Assembly (NCBI GenBank): GCA_041576165.1
Contig: JBFGLM010000001.1
Location: 32,001 to 96,000 of the forward strand
Direction of reading: 5' to 3'
Length of the DNA: 64,000 nt
Source: Acidimicrobiia bacterium
GTDB taxonomy: Bacteria; Actinomycetota; Acidimicrobiia; Spongiisociales; Spongiisociaceae
The notes under the pieces were generated by a model, which did no database searches, was not told the origin of the DNA, and saw nothing but the letters and a program-made list of their open reading frames with translations. The position numbers and the translations under genes were made by a program. Each line of letters begins with the position of its first letter. Within the stretch, counting starts at the first letter, position 1. This document shows, in pieces, positions 1-9,102 of this stretch.

Positions 1-8
1 GCGGACAT
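1..8 (-). CDS. 5' end of a gene running off the window edge
   Basis: Minus-strand ATG at 8-6, preceded by a GGAGGGA Shine-Dalgarno (17-11); product cannot be determined. Confidence 0.5.
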
Positions 9-99
9 ATTCCCTCCGTAGGTTGGCGGACACTACCACTGAGAGTCCTCAGAATACTACAAGGAGTGGTAGGCCGGAAGGCTCAAATCTGTGCAGTAC

Positions 100-864
100 C
101 TAGACGGCGGAGCGGAGGGTGTCGAACAGCGTCGACACCGCCTCCGCGAACTGATTCCACGCCCAGCGCAGGAGCAGAATGAGGACGATCAACACGACTG
201 CGGTGAGCACCTGCCGGATCCGGTACGTCGTGGATTGGCGATCATCCTCGACGTAGGACCTGAACTGGGTTGGCGCCCGCGCCAGGAGTCGCCTGCGCCG
301 CCACCGATCTCGCACCCATGTTGCGGCGCTCGTCAGCAGCTGCAAGGGGTCGGCCGGATCACGCCTGGATGGTGCAATCACGGATTCCCTGGTCGTCGCG
401 CTGTGCGGCTCGTCGGCCTGCACAGGAAAGGGCGGGGGTTGAGTTGCGATGGTGCGCACGGGGGGCGGCTCGGTCGCTTCCACCGTCGAGGGTTCGGACC
501 GGAACGTCGCGTTCCCCATGTCCGTGTCCGGCATGGTGAGCGGCTCCGGCTGCGCCAGAGTGCCGGCGGCATCGGGTGGAGACTCCTCCTCGGTGCCGGT
601 CGCCGCCGAATGGGGGCCGACGGCATCCGGGTCGCCGGTTGACTCCACCACCAAGTCGCGGGCGTCCAGCTCGAGGACCTCGGCCAGCACGGGTATCACC
701 GCCTGGTCCGGGCTTGCCGTTGCCTGCTCCCATGCCCGGATGGTGCTCGCGGGAACACCGATCCGTTCAGCCAGTTCGTGGGCCGACCATCCGCGCAGCC
801 CCCGGGCGATCATGATGGCCTCGCCTACGGCACTTGCGTCGCGTGTTTCTTCGCTCATGGTCAA
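100..864 (-). CDS. XRE-family helix-turn-helix protein with Pro/Thr-rich linker and C-terminal membrane helix
   Basis: N-terminal HTH_3 pattern (ARGLRGWSAHELAERIGVPASTIRAWEQ); hydrophobic VLTAVVLIVLILLL near the C-terminus; start overlaps the upstream stop (ATGA). Confidence 0.75.
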   Translation of the reverse strand: MTMSEETRDASAVGEAIMIARGLRGWSAHELAERIGVPASTIRAWEQATASPDQAVIPVLAEVLELDARDLVVESTGDPDAVGPHSAATGTEEESPPDAAGTLAQPEPLTMPDTDMGNATFRSEPSTVEATEPPPVRTIATQPPPFPVQADEPHSATTRESVIAPSRRDPADPLQLLTSAATWVRDRWRRRRLLARAPTQFRSYVEDDRQSTTYRIRQVLTAVVLIVLILLLRWAWNQFAEAVSTLFDTLRSAV

Positions 865-1295
865 TGGGGCGGATCCTCCGGCACGCTGTCGGGTTCTTTC
901 TCATTGGTGATGCGCATGGCAACCACGTTCTTGACGTTCCAGCAGAGCGTATCGCCGTCCTGGACGATCAAACGCATCGGCCCTCCGGCCGAGCGGTCCA
1001 GCCCACCGGCGTCGGGCCCTATGAGCAACCAGCCCTTCCCGCTCGCGTCTGCCAGCGGTACCGACGCCCGATAATGGCCGTCGCCGCTCTCGAATGTCGC
1101 ATACCCGGCGCCGGCCGCAGGGCCGGCCAACTCCAGCAACGCTCCCACCGGAACCACTCGTCCGGCCGGGGCCAGCTCATGGCCGGTCCGGACGGACGAG
1201 AGCTGGTGGATGGCATCGAGGCCGAGGTCGTGGGGATGTTCCACTTCCCCCGAGATGCTCAGCTGGATGGGTGCACCGGCACGACGCACAGTCAT
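861..1295 (-). CDS. Small molybdopterin-dependent oxidoreductase (sulfite oxidase-like) domain protein
   Basis: GGPMRLIV...WNVKNVVAM resembles the GGPLRLVVP..KWVKWV motif of Oxidored_molyb domains; ESGDGHYRASVPL resembles DGY..S.PL. Confidence 0.6.
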   Translation of the reverse strand: MTVRRAGAPIQLSISGEVEHPHDLGLDAIHQLSSVRTGHELAPAGRVVPVGALLELAGPAAGAGYATFESGDGHYRASVPLADASGKGWLLIGPDAGGLDRSAGGPMRLIVQDGDTLCWNVKNVVAMRITNEKEPDSVPEDPPH

Positions 1296-1375
1296 GATTC
1301 AACGGTAGCCAACGCTGGGGACGACTCAGCGGTTCCCACCTTCTGGAGCCGACAACACCGTTTAACCTGGCCGGT

Positions 1376-1470
1376 GGAGGCGAACGAGCGCCTGGTGGGC
1401 TCCCCGGTCTTCAAAACCGGTGGGGGGTCGAAAGGTCCCCGGCGGGTTCGATTCCCGTCCGCCTCCGCCA
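1376..1470 (+). tRNA. selC: tRNA-Sec (anticodon UCA)
   Basis: Anticodon arm CCGGT-CT-TCA-AA-ACCGG (TCA at 1411-1413); long variable arm; T-arm GCGGG-TTCGATT-CCCGT; acceptor GGAGGCG/CGCCTCC; 3' GCCA; 95 nt. Confidence 0.95.
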
Positions 1471-1556
1471 ACGAGCCGAAGACCCATGCAGCGTAAGGGT
1501 CTTCGGCTACAGGGCCACTCGGCAGCGGCCCGCTCTCTGGTCAGTTCGACGACTCG

Positions 1557-1587
1557 GTGTCCGTCAGGTGTCCGTCGAGTGTCCGGC
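1557..1587. repeat. Three 11-bp-period direct repeats (GTGTCCGTC core), candidate integrase arm-type binding sites
   Basis: GTGTCCGTCAG / GTGTCCGTCGA / GTGTCCGGC at 1557, 1568 and 1579, between the selC 3' end and the integrase remnant. Confidence 0.55.
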
Positions 1588-1599
1588 AGAGATCCGAGA

Positions 1600-2015
1600 T
1601 ATACATGATCCATTTGCGGCGAGGACATCTTGATCCGATGGGAAGAGGTGTCATACCGGTCCAACGTCACTTGGATCGAAGAATGGCCGACCTGCGTCTG
1701 CCCGGCCTTCGGGTTGGCGCCGGTAGCAATCAAGAGCGAGGCGCACGTGTGACTGAGGACATGCACGCAGAGGTGTTCGATATCGGCCCGAACGAGCGCC
1801 GGCTTCCAATAGCCGGCGCTGAACTCCTTCCGGCGCAACGGTCCGCCCCTGGGCGCGGTCAAGACCAACGCCTCAGGGTCGGTGTCGGCGCCACGGGCAA
1901 GGTGCTCAGAAATCCTGTCGCGAAGGAACACCGGCCGCGCCACCGCCCGGGCTCGGTACGCCTTCGTTGGTCCGAAATGGAACCCTCCGCCCACCGAGTG
2001 TCCGAGATCGAGCAC
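1600..2015 (-). pseudogene. Tyrosine recombinase (integrase) C-terminal remnant; boundaries approximate
   Basis: LVLTAPRGGPLRR..WKPAL..HVLSHTCASLLI..GANPK..QTQVGHSSIQVTLDRY; the HxLRH box has decayed to HVLSH; a frameshift near 1651 breaks the expected DRYGHLFP; N-terminal domains absent. Confidence 0.85.
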
Positions 2016-2160
2016 CTATGAGTGCGGGTTCCTACGTATTGCCCGACGTCGTGCTGGGTGGTGGAGTGTGAGGCGCGCTATGGGCGCGGGCTGCGTGCCG
2101 GGTAGGTGAGTCCACACGGCGTAGTTGATGAAGTCCGCCCGGACGACGCTCCCCCCACAC

Positions 2161-2316
2161 CTACTCGTCCTGCGTTCGATCCCGGAGTTTGTCGACCTCG
2201 TCGACCACTCGTTGCGTGTCGGGACGATCCCGGAGTTTGTCGACCTCGTCGACCACTCGTTGCACATCCGGACGACCCCGCAGCTTGCGCCACGCGCTGG
2301 CAAACCCTCGAAACAT
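2161..2316 (-). CDS. Putative 51-aa small protein with a 16-aa repeat
   Basis: ATG at 2316 with upstream GGAAGGGG; MFRGFASAWRKLRGRPDVQRVVDEVDKLRDRPDTQRVVDEVDKLRDRTQDE; the 48-bp repeat period preserves frame. Confidence 0.4.
   Translation of the reverse strand: MFRGFASAWRKLRGRPDVQRVVDEVDKLRDRPDTQRVVDEVDKLRDRTQDE
2177..2287. repeat. 48-bp-period tandem repeat (two identical 39-nt copies plus a degenerate partial third)
   Basis: CGATCCCGGAGTTTGTCGACCTCGTCGACCACTCGTTGC at 2177-2215 and 2225-2263. Confidence 0.9.
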
Positions 2317-2566
2317 GAAGAAGCCCCTTCCAGGTAGTGGAAGGCGATCGGCGGTGGAGTGTTCCTGCCGCCCGGGTTCCTTCCTGCGAGCCCCACACTC
2401 CGAAGCCCGGATTCGTGATAGGCGGGGCAATGCACTGGATTGTACCGGCTCTAGACCACGGAGGGCCGCAAAGAATCCGCACCTATCACTCAATCTCAGA
2501 CCAGAACGAGGATTCCACCGAGCGTCCGAGATTGGCACGCACGCGCTCGGGTCGTCGTTCGACGTA

Positions 2567-2871
2567 TCAACAGGTCGTTGCGTCCCGTAGGGTCCGGCAG
2601 GCTTCTGCCATGCGGGCGGGTCCGAGTTGGGTGACCCGCCGCCGGCACGAGTCCCCCGGCAGGGTGTGCAGGTTGTCGAAGTTGGCAACACAGGCAGTCG
2701 GTATACCATCGACGTCAGGAGTTCGAATTCTGACACGAGGCCGCGGGACACGCGGGTCAGGGCTGCGACGACCACGGAACCGATCCGATCGGCAACCGGG
2801 TCCCGGGTGAGGATGAGCACGGGACGGTCGCCACTGGGAGTCGCAGCGAACCAGATCTCACCCCGTTGCAT
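2567..2871 (-). pseudogene. mazF: PemK/MazF-family mRNA interferase toxin, frameshifted
   Basis: MQRGEIWFA..DRPVLILTRD..VVVAALT in one frame; after a 1-nt loss near 2717 the alternative frame continues DGIPTACVANFDNLHTLP..RVTQLGPARMAEACRTLRDATTC-stop. Confidence 0.85.
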
Positions 2872-2905
2872 CGGCCCAATCCGACCAGTCCTCGGCGGGA
2901 CCTCG
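2858..2905 (-). pseudogene. C-terminal remnant of the cognate antitoxin
   Basis: GPAEDWSDWADATG-stop overlaps the toxin start and resembles the acidic W-rich tails of actinobacterial MazE-type antitoxins; upstream part missing. Confidence 0.55.
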
Positions 2906-2956
2906 GCTCCTGTGGGCGCCAGTTCCACTACTCTGCGCGGGAGCACACAGGAACTG

Positions 2957-3253
2957 ATGAAGGAACCGCTGGACGTCAACGGATATCGAATCATGCCTGG
3001 ATGGCGGGTTGGTCATCTGATGGAGGAGAACGCCACACGATCGGGGCTCCTCGTCCCCGCCGGCACGGAGTCTTCCAGCGACGCGCTCACGCTGGTCGAT
3101 ATCAAGAGCGGCCGTAGATTCTGGGCGGTCCCCACCGGCGCCTGGCGCTTCCTGTGGCCTCCGACCGGCAAGGTGGCCGTGGCCGTGCGGGAGTCCCAGA
3201 TCATTGCCGAAGAGGACGATGACACCCCAATGAGCGAGAGTTCCTATCTCTGA
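2957..3253 (+). CDS. 98-aa protein, divergent GroES/co-chaperonin-like
   Basis: EENATRSGLLVP (mobile-loop-like), DIKSGRR, GKVAVAVRESQIIA; ATG at 2957 with AGGA upstream. Confidence 0.5.
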   Translation: MKEPLDVNGYRIMPGWRVGHLMEENATRSGLLVPAGTESSSDALTLVDIKSGRRFWAVPTGAWRFLWPPTGKVAVAVRESQIIAEEDDDTPMSESSYL

Positions 3254-3337
3254 GACGTCTCCTGATCCCGGGGCTGCCGAAATTGAGGGACATCGGGCGG
3301 GCATGCCTGGCACAGTTGGTGAGTCGAAGCCTCGCAT

Positions 3338-4648
3338 ATGACTTCTGAGCATCAGTCACGCCAACGCCGCCGCCTGACGGCCACCGTCACCGACCTCGAA
3401 GTCGTCCGCCAGCGCGCGTTCCTGATCTCGGTTCGGCTAGGGAACGACAGCCCGCTCCAGCTCGAACGCAGCGTCCAGGAGCTGGAACTGCTCACCGACA
3501 CCGCCGGATCGGACCCGGTGGCGTCGGTGATCGTCAGCCGGGCCCGGCCCGACCCTGCCACCTTCATCGGCCCCGGCCAGGCGCGAGAGCTGGCGATCGA
3601 GAGTATGTCGCTGGACACGGACGTGGTCGTCTTCGACAACGACCTCACCCCCGCCCAGCAGCGCAACCTGCAGGCCATCTTCCAGACAGACGTGGTCGAT
3701 CGGGTGGCGGTGATCCTCGACATCTTCGCCCAGCACGCAACGAGCCGCGAAGGCATGATGCAGGTCGAGCTGGCGTTGCTCCGCTACCACCTGCCTCGCC
3801 TGCGGGGGCAGGGAACCAAACTCAGCCGCCAGGCGGGGGGAATCGGCACCCGGGGGCCGGGCGAAACGAAACTCGAAACCGACCGCCGGCGCATCACCCA
3901 GCGGATGGCGAAGCTGGTCCGGGACCTCGATGACCTGCGCGGGGTCAGGGACACCCAGCGCAAGGCGCGGCGTCGCAAGCAGATTCCCACCGCGGCGCTG
4001 GTGGGCTACACGAACGCCGGGAAATCCACATTATTGAACGCGCTGACGGATGCCGGCGTCCTGACTGAAGACCAGCTGTTCTCTACGCTCGACTCCACCA
4101 CCCGCCGCTGGCAGCTACCCGGCGGCCAGACGGTGCTGCTATCGGATACGGTCGGGTTCGTCCAACGGCTTCCCCACCAGCTCGTCGAAGCGTTCCGTTC
4201 GACGCTGCAGGAGGTCTCGGATGCAGATCTGCTATTGCACGTCGTGGACGCGTCCGACCCCGGTGCGACGGATCAGATCGCTGCGGTGCGAGAGGTGTTG
4301 GAGTCGATCGACGCGGGCTCGATCCCTGAACTCCTGATACTCAACAAGCTCGACGTCGCCGAGCAAATAGCCGTCGACCGGCTGCAGCAGCTCTATCCCG
4401 GCGCAGTCGCAGCCTCTGCGCTGATCGGTGATGGCCTGCCCAACCTTGGCGAAGCCATCGGGACGGCACTCACCAAGCAGTTCGAAGAGCTGTCACTCGT
4501 GATTCCGTATGAGCGAGGCGACCTACTTGCCTCGCTCCACCGTGACGCCGAGATCCTGGAGGAGGTCCATGGCGACTCGGCCACCCGCCTCACGGTCCGG
4601 GTGCCGCCCGACGTCGCCGCCCGCCTCGCCCCCTTCGCGTCTGAATAG
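3338..4648 (+). CDS. hflX: GTPase HflX
   Basis: GIGTRGPGETKLETDRR, GYTNAGKS, DQLFSTLD, DTVGF, NKLD. Confidence 0.96.
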   Translation: MTSEHQSRQRRRLTATVTDLEVVRQRAFLISVRLGNDSPLQLERSVQELELLTDTAGSDPVASVIVSRARPDPATFIGPGQARELAIESMSLDTDVVVFDNDLTPAQQRNLQAIFQTDVVDRVAVILDIFAQHATSREGMMQVELALLRYHLPRLRGQGTKLSRQAGGIGTRGPGETKLETDRRRITQRMAKLVRDLDDLRGVRDTQRKARRRKQIPTAALVGYTNAGKSTLLNALTDAGVLTEDQLFSTLDSTTRRWQLPGGQTVLLSDTVGFVQRLPHQLVEAFRSTLQEVSDADLLLHVVDASDPGATDQIAAVREVLESIDAGSIPELLILNKLDVAEQIAVDRLQQLYPGAVAASALIGDGLPNLGEAIGTALTKQFEELSLVIPYERGDLLASLHRDAEILEEVHGDSATRLTVRVPPDVAARLAPFASE

Positions 4649-4668
4649 CCCGCCGGTGCCGACGAGGG

Positions 4669-5412
4669 TCAGGCGTCCGTTGCGACCATGGCCGCACCAA
4701 CGATGCCGGCGTTGTTGCGCAGCGCGGCGGGAACCACTTCAGTTTCGATGTCGAGCTGCGCGGCGTATTTGTCGAAATTCTTCGAGATTCCACCACCGAC
4801 GATGAACAGGTCTGGAGCGAAGAGACGCTCCAGATGTGTGAGGTAACGCTGGACGCGCCGGCCCCACTCAACGTAGGACAGGCCTTCGTGCTCCTGGAGG
4901 CGCCCGGCCGCCCAGGTCTCGACCACCGCGCCCTCGAGCTCGAGATGACCCAGCTCCGTGTTGGGGACCAGCACTCCGTCGACGAAGAGGCCGCTCCCAA
5001 TCCCCGTACCGAACGTGAGTACCAGCACGACCCCGGACCGGTCACGGGCGGCACCGACCTTCACTTCGGCAACGCCGGCGGCGTCCGCATCGTTGATGAC
5101 CGTCACCGGGCATCCGGTCGCCGCGGTGAAGAGGGCGTCGGCGTCGACGCCGACCCACCTCTCATCGACATTGGCGGCCGTGTAGACGACGCCCCGTTTG
5201 ATGATGGCGGGGAACGTCACGCCGATCGGGCCGGACCAGTCGAAATGGCGCACCAGTTCGGCGACCACTTCCGCGACCGCGTTGGGCTTGGACGGCTGGG
5301 GTGTTTTGATGCGCTCCCGCTTGTTGAGGAGCTCGCCCTGGTCGACATCAACCGGGGCCGCTTTGATCCCCGACCCACCGATGTCCACGCCCATGCGTGT
5401 GTTCATGACCAC
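4669..5412 (-). CDS. ppgK: Polyphosphate glucokinase (ROK family)
   Basis: [56 protein letters not shown]. Confidence 0.92.
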   Translation of the reverse strand: MVMNTRMGVDIGGSGIKAAPVDVDQGELLNKRERIKTPQPSKPNAVAEVVAELVRHFDWSGPIGVTFPAIIKRGVVYTAANVDERWVGVDADALFTAATGCPVTVINDADAAGVAEVKVGAARDRSGVVLVLTFGTGIGSGLFVDGVLVPNTELGHLELEGAVVETWAAGRLQEHEGLSYVEWGRRVQRYLTHLERLFAPDLFIVGGGISKNFDKYAAQLDIETEVVPAALRNNAGIVGAAMVATDA

Positions 5413-5512
5413 CTCCAGCCGCGGCGGAGCCTACCCACGCCGCCGCAACCCCCACACCATGCAGCCCGGCGCGGAGGTTGTGCAACAACCTCCTGCCGGT
5501 AGCCTCGCCGCC

Positions 5513-6409
5513 ATGCGGATCCTCCTGCGCACGCTGGAGACAATGGCCGGCGGTGTGATGGCGAGCCTGGTCATCGTGACAGCCAGCGCGGCGGCGATTC
5601 TGGCCGCCGGCCGCCGGGCGCAGCCGCCTATCACTGCGGTCATCCCGGTGCTGGTGTATGTGATCCTGATCCGCCGGCGGATCGACGCGGCGTTCGTCGT
5701 GGGGCTGGTGTTGCTGGCCGTTCCGCTGTTCATCGATGTCGGGAACAGTCTTCTTGCCCGGGTGGCCATTGGTGTTCCAGGCGCCGCAGTGATCGGATTC
5801 GGGACGACGCCGGGTCCGGTTCTGCTCGACCTGGCCGTCACCGGGGCGATCGCCGTCGGAGGCGCCCTGGCGGCCGACACCGCAGACGCCCATGAACGGA
5901 TCGGGCTCGGCACGCTGTTCCTGATACTCGCCACCATCGGCGGCTGGCTGGACATCCCGGACGTAGACCGGGTGCTGATCCTGCTCGGGGCATCGCTCCC
6001 GGTGGCAGCACTGGTGTGGCCGATCCCGCTCGCCAGAGCGGGGGCCGGCGCCTACCTGTGGGTCGGCGCCCTGTTGTGGACGGCGGTCGAAGACGGGGCG
6101 ATCCGGCTGAGTTCGGTGGTGGGAACCACCGCTGCGCTCGGGATGCTGCTGATCGAGCCGCTCGTCCGCCGCTCCTTGGGCTGGCAGGACGGCGTCTTCT
6201 TGCGGACGTGGGGTGACCGCCCGCCGCTCGCCGCCATCGCCCCCAGTGCAGTGCAAGCGGCGGTGGTGCTGCTCGCCTCCCGGGTCGCCGGCCTCCAGCG
6301 GAGCACCGAGGTCTCGCTGGTCCTGGCCGCCGCCATCCTGGCCGTCGCGTTCGCCGGTCTACGGACCGCCGCTCCCCGGCTGGCCCGGGGCGGCGTACGG
6401 CCTGAGTAG
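5513..6409 (+). CDS. Multi-pass integral membrane protein of unknown function
   Basis: About 10 hydrophobic segments; probable ATG at 5513; lies directly upstream of the ligase operon. Confidence 0.65.
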   Translation: MRILLRTLETMAGGVMASLVIVTASAAAILAAGRRAQPPITAVIPVLVYVILIRRRIDAAFVVGLVLLAVPLFIDVGNSLLARVAIGVPGAAVIGFGTTPGPVLLDLAVTGAIAVGGALAADTADAHERIGLGTLFLILATIGGWLDIPDVDRVLILLGASLPVAALVWPIPLARAGAGAYLWVGALLWTAVEDGAIRLSSVVGTTAALGMLLIEPLVRRSLGWQDGVFLRTWGDRPPLAAIAPSAVQAAVVLLASRVAGLQRSTEVSLVLAAAILAVAFAGLRTAAPRLARGGVRPE

Positions 6410-6766
6410 CGCCCGCACCACGACACAATGTTCTTGGAGGATGGTCGGACGCGCCCGACCAGGACGCCGGTCCGTCTTTGGCGGAGAGGCGGACCACTCC
6501 CGCTGCGGGGGCGGCGAGCCGGGTCGGCATGGGGCTGTCAGTGAGGGCGCTCTTGCGCAAGCCGTCCGGTAGGCTGACCTTCGCGCCAGGGACAACGAAG
6601 CCAGGTAATGCTCACTCCGGGGCAGTGGGGCGTCAACGGGGGCATGAATGATCGTGAACACGTCGGTTCTTCTATCCGGCCTCGTGAGGCCGTGTCGCGC
6701 ATCCGGGCGGGCCGCCTCACCGGGCCATGCCTATGCGCGGTCACGAGTCGCGCATTCGGAGACAGC

Positions 6767-8494
6767 ATGATCGAGCCGACCTATCTGCTGGGCCTCGACT
6801 CCCTGCAGGACGCCTTCTACCGCCAGCTCGACGCGGTCCCCGAGGCCCGCTGTATCACCTGGTACGACCGGCGGTCAGAGGTTCGCTGGCAATCGCGGGC
6901 CGAGTTCTACGCGGTGGCGGCCGGACGGGCCGCCCAGCTGCGAGAGGCCGGACTTGGCGCCGGTGACGCGTGCGTCATAGTGCATCACAGCGATCCGACA
7001 TCGATGGCCACCCTCGTCGGCACGCTGCTGCTGGGCGGCCTTCCGCTGCTCGTGGCGCCGCCGGCAATCCAAGGAGTCAACTCCGACCTCCCTCGCGTCG
7101 TGACGAGCACCGTGCAGCGAACTCACGCGCCGGTGGTCTCGTGTTCGGCGAGCCTCGAGAGCATGCGGGATGAGCTGCGTGGGGCGAACCCCGCGACCAC
7201 GTTCCTGTTCGGCGACGATCTCGACGGAGACTCCACCCAGGAGCTGGGAGAACGGATCCTGCCGGGACCGCTAGATCGGGCCGCCTACCAGCTGACGTCG
7301 GGAACCACCGGGTTTCCCAAGATATGCGTCTGGAAGCAAGAGGGTGTGCTGGCGGCGCTCGACGGCATGTACCGGGCGATGGAGCTCAGCGCGGACGACG
7401 TGTTCTTCAACTGGACGCCGCTGTATCACGACATGGGGCTGGTCAACAACACGTTCCTGTGCCTGGCGGCAGGGATCCCGATGGTTATGCACAGCCCGCT
7501 CGAGTTCGTGAAGAACCCGGCGTCGTGGCTGACGGGCCTGCACGCCACCGGTGCCAACACGACCTGGTCCCCCAACTTCGGTTTTGCAATCACCGCCCAG
7601 CGCGCCAGGGACAAGCAGCTGGACGGTATCCGTCTCGATCACGTGAAGGGATTCTGGAACGCGGCCGAGCGGATCCACTTCGAAACCATGCAGACCTTCG
7701 CCGAGCGTTTTGCTGCGTTTGGAGTGACGCCCGCGCAGCTCAAGACCAACTTCGGCTGTGCTGAGAACATCGGCGGTGCCACCTTCAGCGATCCCAACGG
7801 CCCCTACATCGTGGAACACGTGGACCGTGACATCCTGCAGGACGCGTGGATCGCCGCGCCCGTCCCCGGCGACCACCCGCTGGCGACCCCGCTCGTGTCG
7901 GCCGGACGGCCCCACCCGGGAATGGACATTCACATTCTGGGCGACGATGGCGAGCGCCTGGTTGACGGCGAGGTCGGCCTGGTGGCACTCGATTCGCCGT
8001 CGGCCCTGATCGAGTATCTCGAAGATCCCGTTGCCACCAAAGAGGCCATCCTGCCCGACGGTCTCGTACTGACCGGCGACCTCGGATACCTGCGCGACGG
8101 TGAGCTGTTCTGGACCGGGCGCGCCCGAGAAAGGATCACCCAGCGGGGCAAGAAATTCGACCCCTCCGATTTCGAGCCGGCGCTGTTCGAGGTGGAAGGA
8201 CTGCGCAAAGGGTGTTTCGCCGCGTTTGGGGTCGACGATCCCGCCCAGGGCACCCAACAGATCGTCATCGTCTCCGAGGTACGGGAACCATTGGAGCGCA
8301 CCACGAAGGAGATCGCCGGCGACGTGCGTGAATCGACCATGACCCACCTCGGTGTCAATGTGGCCGAGGTCGTGCTGGTCTCCTCCGGTACGCTCACGAA
8401 AACGTCCAGCGGCAAGCGACGCCACCGGCACTTCTCCCAGATGTATCTGCGCGGCGACCTCGACCCGTTCATCGTGGAAGAGAGCTCCCCGTGA
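6767..8494 (+). CDS. Fatty acyl-AMP ligase-like adenylate-forming enzyme
   Basis: YQLTSGTTGFPK, WTPLYHDMGLV, WSPNFGF, FGCAE, TGDLGY, KTSSGKRR; GGAG Shine-Dalgarno before ATG 6767. Confidence 0.85.
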   Translation: MIEPTYLLGLDSLQDAFYRQLDAVPEARCITWYDRRSEVRWQSRAEFYAVAAGRAAQLREAGLGAGDACVIVHHSDPTSMATLVGTLLLGGLPLLVAPPAIQGVNSDLPRVVTSTVQRTHAPVVSCSASLESMRDELRGANPATTFLFGDDLDGDSTQELGERILPGPLDRAAYQLTSGTTGFPKICVWKQEGVLAALDGMYRAMELSADDVFFNWTPLYHDMGLVNNTFLCLAAGIPMVMHSPLEFVKNPASWLTGLHATGANTTWSPNFGFAITAQRARDKQLDGIRLDHVKGFWNAAERIHFETMQTFAERFAAFGVTPAQLKTNFGCAENIGGATFSDPNGPYIVEHVDRDILQDAWIAAPVPGDHPLATPLVSAGRPHPGMDIHILGDDGERLVDGEVGLVALDSPSALIEYLEDPVATKEAILPDGLVLTGDLGYLRDGELFWTGRARERITQRGKKFDPSDFEPALFEVEGLRKGCFAAFGVDDPAQGTQQIVIVSEVREPLERTTKEIAGDVRESTMTHLGVNVAEVVLVSSGTLTKTSSGKRRHRHFSQMYLRGDLDPFIVEESSP

Positions 8495-9093
8495 CGGCCG
8501 TACCCGACACCGCCAGCATGTATCAGGATCCCCTGGAGGAACTCTTCATCGCCCAATTCGCGGCCCCGCGGGAATTGAAGCCGGTAAACCTGCGGGCGAT
8601 AACGCCCTACCACCGAGCGCTCATGTCTATCGACGGCACGGTGACCAAGTTCATCGAGGCATTCCGGATGGAGCCGGTCCGGGTGACGGTAGTGAGCCAG
8701 GAACACCGGGCACTGGCCGAAGACCACGAGTGGCTCGAAGCCGGCGCCGGCACTCCGGTCATCGCCCGTGAAGTCACGCTCCGCGGCGCGCTTTCCAACC
8801 GGTTCTATGCCTTCGCCCCATCGCTGCTCGTCGTCGAGCGCTTGCCATCCGCAGTGCGGGAGCAGCTGGCCGACCATCCCCACGGGATCGGGCGCATCAT
8901 CTCGGAGGCGAATCTCGAGACCCGCCGCGACATTCTCTGGTACGGGCGGGAGCAGCTCGAACCACCACCGCCCGGCTCCAACCACACCATGTACCTGAGC
9001 CGCACCTACCGCATCATCGAGCGGGAACGACCCCTCATGCTGATCAACGAGAAGTTCCCGACCGGCGACGAAACGCTGCCATCACACCACTGA
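8491..9093 (+). CDS. Chorismate pyruvate-lyase family protein (DUF98 / UbiC-like)
   Basis: RALMSIDGTVTKFIEA, REVTLRG, GIGRIISEANLETRRDIL, SRTYRII..PLMLINEKFP; GTGA coupling to the upstream gene. Confidence 0.8.
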   Translation: MTAVPDTASMYQDPLEELFIAQFAAPRELKPVNLRAITPYHRALMSIDGTVTKFIEAFRMEPVRVTVVSQEHRALAEDHEWLEAGAGTPVIAREVTLRGALSNRFYAFAPSLLVVERLPSAVREQLADHPHGIGRIISEANLETRRDILWYGREQLEPPPPGSNHTMYLSRTYRIIERERPLMLINEKFPTGDETLPSHH

Positions 9094-9102
9094 GGAGTCC
9101 GC

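Noticed and set aside
33-72. Inverted repeat CTACCACT/AGTGGTAG upstream of the edge gene
   Set aside because: Only 8 bp, and the downstream gene is outside the window, so no function can be supported
2177-2263. Direct repeats as a possible CRISPR array
   Set aside because: Only two copies with a 9-nt gap, and no cas genes in the window
6410-6766. Intergenic gap searched for an acyl carrier protein gene or riboswitch
   Set aside because: No ORF with a DSL-type phosphopantetheine motif and no recognisable aptamer consensus
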